A stretch of 54,174 nt of DNA, taken from the NCBI GenBank assembly GCA_032718475.1, contig JAUCBJ010002699.1:1-54174 (forward strand), read 5' to 3'. The notes below the pieces were generated by a model. The model was not told where the DNA came from, made no database searches, and saw nothing but the letters and a program-made list of their open reading frames with translations. The stretch's first letter is position 1. Each line of letters begins with the position of its first letter. Source of the DNA: Nemertoderma westbladi (lineage: Eukaryota > Animalia > Xenacoelomorpha). Position numbers and translations under genes: made by a program. Shown here in pieces: positions 48,301 to 54,174 of this stretch.

Positions 48301-50833
48301 GCTGTGGTAGGCCGAAATATAGGGAATTATTGAGGTCCGTACGAGAGGTAATAAAGGCATGAATAACAGTTTCTAAATCCTTTCTAGGCAAGTATTTTCT
48401 GATTGGAGATATTATTACGAATGTGATAAAATGATTCTCTGACCACCTTTTTAATTTGTGCATTCATAGTCATCTGATCATCCATAATACACCCGATGTT
48501 GCGCGCACATTTAACAGACGTAACTACTTCACCACCTAATACTAAACTGTGTGTTGGAAACTGCGTTGTATTGAAGCGAGATTGAAATAATATTAATTCA
48601 GTTTTGTCGGAGTTCATTTTCATGAAGTGCCTGTTCATCCAAGATTTTACCTCAGATACACAGCTTGTACATACACCAGACGCTGTAGATAATTCAGTTT
48701 GTTTAAATGATATGTAGATCTGAGTATCATCAGCATACATATGGTAGCGAAGGCCGTGGTTCTGGATTACTTTAGCAAGAGACCTCGTATATAAAGTGAA
48801 TAACAGTGGACCCAATACAGATCCCTGTGATACTCCATATTTCAGGCATCTCAGAGTCGACAAGGAATTTCCAATGAGCACTTTCTGAGAGCGTTCAGTG
48901 AGGTAAGATTCAAACCACCGTAATGCAGTAGAGTCTACACCAATATCGTTCTTAAAGATGTTTAACAGTATCGAATGATCAATGGCATCAAACGCTGCTG
49001 AAAGATCGAGCATGATCAGCAAGACACAAGAACCTCCATCTATATCGCGTAGGATATCATTATTTACCTGAAGTAGTGCAGTTTCAACACTATGGGCCAA
49101 ACGATATGCACTTTGGAAAGGCTCATGAAGCGAATGTATGTTCAGGTGTTTAATTAGTTGTTGTGCAACAACTTCCTCAGTCAGTTTTGCTAGAAACTTA
49201 AGATTGGTACACAGGTCTAAAGTTTTTAAGGAATTCTGGGTCCAGGTTACATTTCTTCAATAGTGGACGCAGTACAGCTTCTTTAAAGAGGGAAGGAACA
49301 CGGCCCAATGATGTCGACAAGTTGATAATTACAGCAAATAATGGTAATAGGAAACTCATGGATCCTCTGAGCATCTTTGAAGGAAGTGGATCAGATGGGC
49401 CCGTTTTTACGTTTACATCTTTTATCAGTAGTTCCACATCCTAAACTGTGACTGGCTGAAACTCTGTGAGAGGTGTACCAGAAAAAGTTTGTTGAGTAGA
49501 GTTATTTACCGTTGATTCACTATTATCTTCGCAAAACATATTCTTATCGCACCCAGACAATTCAGAATGTATAGTTTCAATCTTATTTTCGAAGAAATCA
49601 GCAAAGTTATTTGCCAGTGTCTCGTCACTATCTCGTTGTGGTAGAATACCACTCAAATTAGTTGTAACAAATTTATTTACAACCTTAAATAATTGTCGTT
49701 GATTCCCACTATTCCGACGCACCCCAGAAGAGTAATAATCCTTCTTAGCTGCTGAAATCTTATTGCCGATAACAATGCACTGCTCGCGGAAAGCAAACTT
49801 ATGGACTTCCAACTTCGATTTTCTATATTGCCTCTCTAACCAGTGTCTTTTCCTTTTAGCATTAGGAATCTCAGCATTGTACTATAATGGCTGGTTTGCT
49901 CGTTTCAGAGCACGTCGCTCCTGTAGAGGTGCATGCGAATCCAATAAACTAATGAGAGTTTCTTCATAGTTGGCTATAATGGTATCAATTGAGTAATCGT
50001 CATTAATGTTCCCTGCTAAAAGATTACTCGTGCTCCATTGAAGATCAGAAACGAATCTATTCATATTGATCCCATTTAGATCTCTACACCACCTTTTCAG
50101 CGCTAATGAATCCGGTTTTCTGAAGGTCATATCAAAGGATATCAGATAGTGGTCAGATAAACCAATATCTTCAACTAATATGTTGTTCAATCTCGGTAAA
50201 GACACATCTCAGACAAGTAATAAGTCCAATGTGTTTCCAGATCTATGAGTTGGTTTAGTGACAAGTTGATGCAAGCCAAAACATTCACATATGTCCAAAA
50301 ACTGTGTTGCTTCGCTATCATTGCGATCATTAACGTGAAAGTTAAAATCACCCAGCATAAATAATCAATTCGCCTGGATTTATTACTAGATCTTTCAGAA
50401 ATTCAGAAAACTCATTGATAAATGTTCTACAGTTAGCTTGTTCTTTGCAGAGGGACAAATTCTGTATATAATTACCATAAAAAACTGGCAGTTATCTGTA
50501 CCCGAAAAACGGAATTCCATGTACTCAAACGACATATATATCGATTTACCATGGTGCCATTTATTAGCTTTATCTCTTAGCTTCAGTTCATCCTTAAAAA
50601 TACAAGCTACTCCACCGCCAATTGATGCCACTTCACTCTTGATCCTAGGAGAATGTTTCATACTGTAACCAGGATTGTTGGTGAGGATATTCTCACACGG
50701 ATTATCATCCAGTGATCCAGATAGCCAAGACTCTGTAATTGCAAACATGTCAATATCATATTCCTGAATATAATCATAAATATATTCAGCCTTGTTCTTA
50801 ATTGATCTAACGTTCATATGGCAGATCTTGAAT
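45395..50833 (-). mobile_element. Middle LINE: 5'-truncated L2-clade element, decayed
   Basis: MNVRSIKNK, ITESWL, LSDHY, LDLSAAFD, QGSVLGP, YADDTQIY, QNCAARL..YDHISPILRDLHWLP..APNYLSDL..YQPARDLRS; 3' stem GCGCCTA/TAGGCGC (45429-45465) and (TTA)n tail at 45395-45412. Confidence 0.9.
45603..48086 (-). CDS. Uninterrupted 827-aa frame: RTE-X-like reverse transcriptase with C-terminal CCHC finger, no endonuclease (inner LINE ~45610-48040)
   Basis: PWY, KAPGVD, NYRGISLL, QAGFR, FVDFKKAFD, GVMQGECLSP, LLYADD, YLG, CRIC-x8-H-x4-C. The first ~16 residues derive from the host L2. Expression not demonstrated. Confidence 0.9.
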   Translation of the reverse strand: MVSVYQPARDLRSAYQTTQLLCDCITDTATKYFKVRGNNNSSMHTIDAPWYNDECRERLHDFRRALNHWRTSKSPESFTILSKSRSIYHRTLRQSKAQFRLDQSNKLESLRCSESKKFWKLLAKASGNPSSAGSTNKLTLKDFETHFRSLINTSSTFQDMGIEPDPEIDLQFSRSILEGEASQPISLDELISAVSKLKRNKAPGVDLLLSEFFIEAKEALFPTIHTLFNAVLYSGHFPRAWTTALVTPIYKKKGSSLDTNNYRGISLLSTLGKLFTTILNTRLLWWSEGLGIIIESQAGFRPGYSTSDHIFVLHGLVEYFTSGKHGHNKLYTAFVDFKKAFDSVDRNALWIKLSSLGFKGKIFDIIRDMYKSVKASVRWDGEISDSFDCLLGVMQGECLSPILFALFLNDLELELARGGFPGLDFSYFRLYLLLYADDAVLVANSREGLQRALDILGHYTDYWALKVNLDKTNIIIFRRGGTSAVLDRWTYKGCPVKVVSSYTYLGVEFSSSGSFFVAQKSLASKANKALFSLYKYLSHFLNISFDLRIKLFSTLIIPILNYGAEVWGFHAGREIERVQLSFLKRIIGVKSSTPNFMVYGESGVIPLAVYRKFIILKFWVRLLSLSNHRLSKRIYLELYKDATASRSTVNWASRVRDTLNGLGLSWAWEVQEVEDRNSFLGLVKRILSDQFVQAWWANINGSPKGRLYIKDRFGTELYLNSLKSFPSLKLALARLRCSSHRLQVEVGRWERQEPSERLCRICNSGEIEDELHFLLICPAYRELRIEFIKMYYQLFPSVFKYRKLLSSQSRSEVKNLSIFISKAIYLY

Positions 50834-53040
50834 GATCTAATAGGTTAAGGTAGTTGTTTGTGGCATGACAATTTTTACTGAGACTTCTACAGTTAAGATG
50901 ATATATTTTTAAAGAATTATTTTGAGATTGAATATTATATTTTGTATCTGAAAAGTATTTTCTGTCTGTATTATTTGAGTCTAGGTTTTGGTCAGGGTCG
51001 ATGACCTTGAAAGTATTGTCGTAATCGTCGAAGTTACTGGGGAAGTCAAAGTCATTGTTGTCATTATTAAAAAATATGTTGGTGTCATTGTCTGGAACTG
51101 TAGAAAAAGGGAAAGCATCTATATAAGGCAAAAGGTACAATAGATTTTATTATTATTATTTTTAGTTATAGTTATACATTCACTACTTAAGTGGGATCCG
51201 CAGGGTAAGTGGTACAGGTTGTTACAAATGTTGCGGTAAATTTTAGTTCTTTATGCGTAATTTTGGTAAATCAAAAATCACATGTTGGTTGGTTAGATAG
51301 GCTCATAGGGGGGTAGTGCAAGAAATACGATAAAAAAACGGTCCTAAAAAAAACACTGGTAAAAGTACCTAAAAAGCTTACTTTCTTACTAACAACCTAG
51401 GTGAAACAGCAACAGTAGAACGGAGAACTCTCGGTAGGATTATATTATATAATTCGTATATTAGTAATAGGATAATTAGTAATAAGTATGATAAAGTACT
51501 TTCTCCAGGTTCGCACACGGCGATTCGAAATCATTATCTACTTCTTTTATTCTATGGCATCGTCTTCGACTTCATTCCCTCGTTGAACGTTCATTCCCTT
51601 GTCACGTTTGCTTGCATGAATGCTTATTTTGTGGTCGCCGCAACATGTTGTGTCTCAATATCACTAAGTGATTCGAATATTTCTTTTGGCAGTACAGGCC
51701 TGGCAAAACTGAGAGTAAAGTGTTAGCAAGGCTGCTAGCTACTGGCAAACCAATCATATCTTGAGATGGCCTACAGGCAGGCTGGGTTGGTTAAGTAGTA
51801 TTCTCAATAAAAAAGACCCAGCAGGAGAGCAGAAGAGTGGAACTACCGTGATTGGTTCTTGACTAACATTGGTAAGAACAAGCAGTAAATCTTAGATTAG
51901 TTTTTTCAGTTCACATGTTTATAATCATAAACACAAAATGATTCAATTATTCCTTTTTGCAGTGTACCGGATGGGTGCTAGTAAAGGTAGGCCTAGCAGG
52001 TCATCAGTCTTTCACCCTACACGTTGGGTCTTGACTCTATCATGTTCATGCATTTATATGATGCAGACCTTCCTAAGCCCGTGAACATAAAGGCTATCTC
52101 GAGGCTAGTTTTTTACACATTTACTTGTTACTTGCATGAATGCGTATTTGAGGTAAAATGGCGTTATTCTGTGTTTGTTTCGTTATCGGCCAAATTTCTG
52201 GTCAGCAAGCAGGAAATTATAACAGCAGTTGCATCATCGTACCCACTCTGTTCTACTAACTGACACTTTGCAGAAAAAATTCTACCTGACCATAGGCTGC
52301 GTGTTGGGAGGACGCCGACCAGTTTGCGGTTCTTCAGTCTGCCACTAGGAGGCGAAATGTTTGTGAGATTTTTCCCCATAAAAATCCGGAGGGAAAGAAA
52401 TCTAGGTACCAAACGTTCTAACTAAAGAAAAGTTGAAGTTACAGAATAATAGAATAATTCTTTGTTGGGGATTTCCGGCTAAATCAAGAGTCAAATGAAA
52501 CCACAGGAATGTTTTGAAAAGCGACTCGCCTTACCATTTATCCTAGTTAAAGTTAAGGTAGGTTTTCTTTGTACTTTAGGCTTTCCTAGGGAAACTGGTA
52601 GTAAACAAACCAGTAGGCGAACCTGAATACACCTACGCCATGTAGAATGCCCTAGACACAATCCAAACCAGTCAAATTTACCTCACAAACCTGCTCAGAG
52701 CAAGCGAACCCACCCGCCCAATGATGGTTGGTAGATCCTGGAAGCTGACTAGTGTAGACTGTGGAGCATCCACATCCCACATCATCGATCTCGCATTGAA
52801 CGACTCACCCACGCCCGTTAATGATAAGGTGCCTCTCCGGTCATCCGTCTTAGTAACCAGTCAGCCTAAAGCCCCGTTCACACTCAACGGTGCGTGAGCG
52901 GTAAAGTAGTCTGGAAATAAGCTGCAAAGCTTTAGGGGTAATCCTATATGTTATGTTGGACAATACCTTTATACCGGTACATTGTTTGGTGTATTTGTTA
53001 TTGTTTTTACATAATGTATAAATAAATCTATCTATCTATC

Positions 53041-53403
53041 ATGATGCTTGTTTGGGACTATACATGTAGGGATACCCTAGCGACATCCTACCTCCCCACG
53101 ACATCCCAGACAGCTGGAGCAGCACCAACCGCAGCAGAGCGTTTAAAGTCACACAAATATGCTGACCTGTGCCATGACTACCACTTTGTGACTATAGCTA
53201 CAGAGAACCTCGGACCCATTGGTGCTGAAGCAACCAGCACCATTCGTGAGATAGGGAGGAGGATCGCCCATACCACTGGTGAACCCCGGTGCACAGCTTT
53301 CCTCCACCAACGCCTATCCATGGCGGTGGTTAGAGGAAATGCCACCGCAGTGCTCGGCACCTTCCCCTTTAACAGAAACCTAGACGAGATTTTCCTACTT
53401 TAA
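53041..53403 (+). mobile_element. CRE-like retrotransposon 3' fragment (restriction-like endonuclease), different family from 13545/41926
   Basis: LVWDYTCRDTLATSY..AGAA..AE..K..KY..ENLG..LHQRLSMAVVRGNA; AT-rich putative 3' UTR and A-rich tract near 53771-53791. Confidence 0.85.
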
Positions 53404-54174
53404 TAGTGATTACCTCCTGCACGACGAATAGATGCCTTTTATTATTCCTTTCCCTTTTTTATCACATTTTAGCTCATATCACATTTTATCAAAATTAGTA
53501 TTGTTATCTTCTTAATTTATTTTTTTAGAGTAGCCTTATCATCTGCAGGCCCTTCTTGCTCGCCACCCCTACACAAACTTATTTAGGTTATATAAAATGT
53601 CCCATTATTCTTATTATTGTAATATTATGTACAGATTACTTTTGTATTTTACTATTATAAAAATGTATTGTAGCGTTTAATTATTGATGTATTATTAATG
53701 TTATATTGGATATTTGATTTAACTTCCCTCTACGAAAATGAGTTACAATAATACAAAAATTTAAATATTTAAAAAAAAAACAAAAAAAAAACGACATAAA
53801 CAAAAAACAAATATATTAAAACATGCTCAACATACAAGTATGTATCGCACCCTAACCCTAACCTAACCGCCATACACTAAATGATGCCGGTAGTATACTG
53901 CACAAAAGCTAAGCCTATATTCTATACTTAATATATTATATATTAATGTTTTAATATATTTGTTTTATGTTTATGTCGTTTTTGTTTGTTTTGTGTTGTT
54001 TTTTGATGGCCTTTGGGCTGAGCACTACTTTGGGCGTAATGTCCTGATCCTACGTTTTTGTTAATTTGTGGGGTATAAGACTCTAGTGTTTTAGCCATAG
54101 ATTTTATATATAATACCAAGCCTCCATTAGTCAGTATTTTGGTACATTAGATAATTACAAATATATATATAATA

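Larger units (their letters stand above)
42960..51430 (-). mobile_element. Outer LINE: decayed CR1-group (Crack-like) element, PHD-EN-RT, split by a ~5.4-kb nested insertion
   Basis: ATG at 51306, degenerate PHD, FPF, IDPD, KIYHLNCRSL..LLDH (to ~50835); resumes at ~45388 with QFDVLCFTETFL, RGGTAIYIK, IDHI, TDHL, KTWDTIK, HSYNTRS, WNSL. Many stops and frameshifts; boundaries approximate. Confidence 0.8.

Noticed and set aside
52160-52900. Possible LTR/primer-binding site (minus CTACA|TGGCG) and gag remnant
   Set aside because: No second LTR and no recognisable gag or pol motif.
53849-53868. Telomeric repeat CCCTAACCCTAACCTAACC
   Set aside because: Only about three mixed units; such runs are common inside repeats.

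Overview
AT-rich eukaryotic (probably invertebrate animal) repeat-dense DNA with no intact host gene and no prokaryotic features. About 45% of the window is a ~24.3-kb array of a 46/47-bp satellite (16750-41095) with higher-order structure. Left of the array: a compact Helitron, a perfect 1480-bp (TCAG)n tract, a ~550-bp foldback, a frameshifted TTAA-GG-terminated DNA transposon (Mutator-like/Kolobok-type transposase), fragments of an RTE LINE, a tRNA-derived SINE, and an intronless rhodopsin-family GPCR pseudogene split in TM5 by an RTE-X-like LINE with a 12-bp target-site duplication (TSD). Right of the array: a CRE-like RLE retroelement end with an apparent 3' transduction, a Helitron 5' end, and three LINEs nested in the same orientation (PHD-EN-RT CR1-group > L2 > RTE-X-like with an 827-aa open frame). 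I found no clearly new biological system. The best leads are the GPCR block lying inside a broken RTE, the 3' transduction, the nested/chimeric LINE stack, a tRNA-like unit enclosed by inverted repeats, and CpG-decay variants in the satellite. Family assignments come from motif recognition by eye, not database searches.
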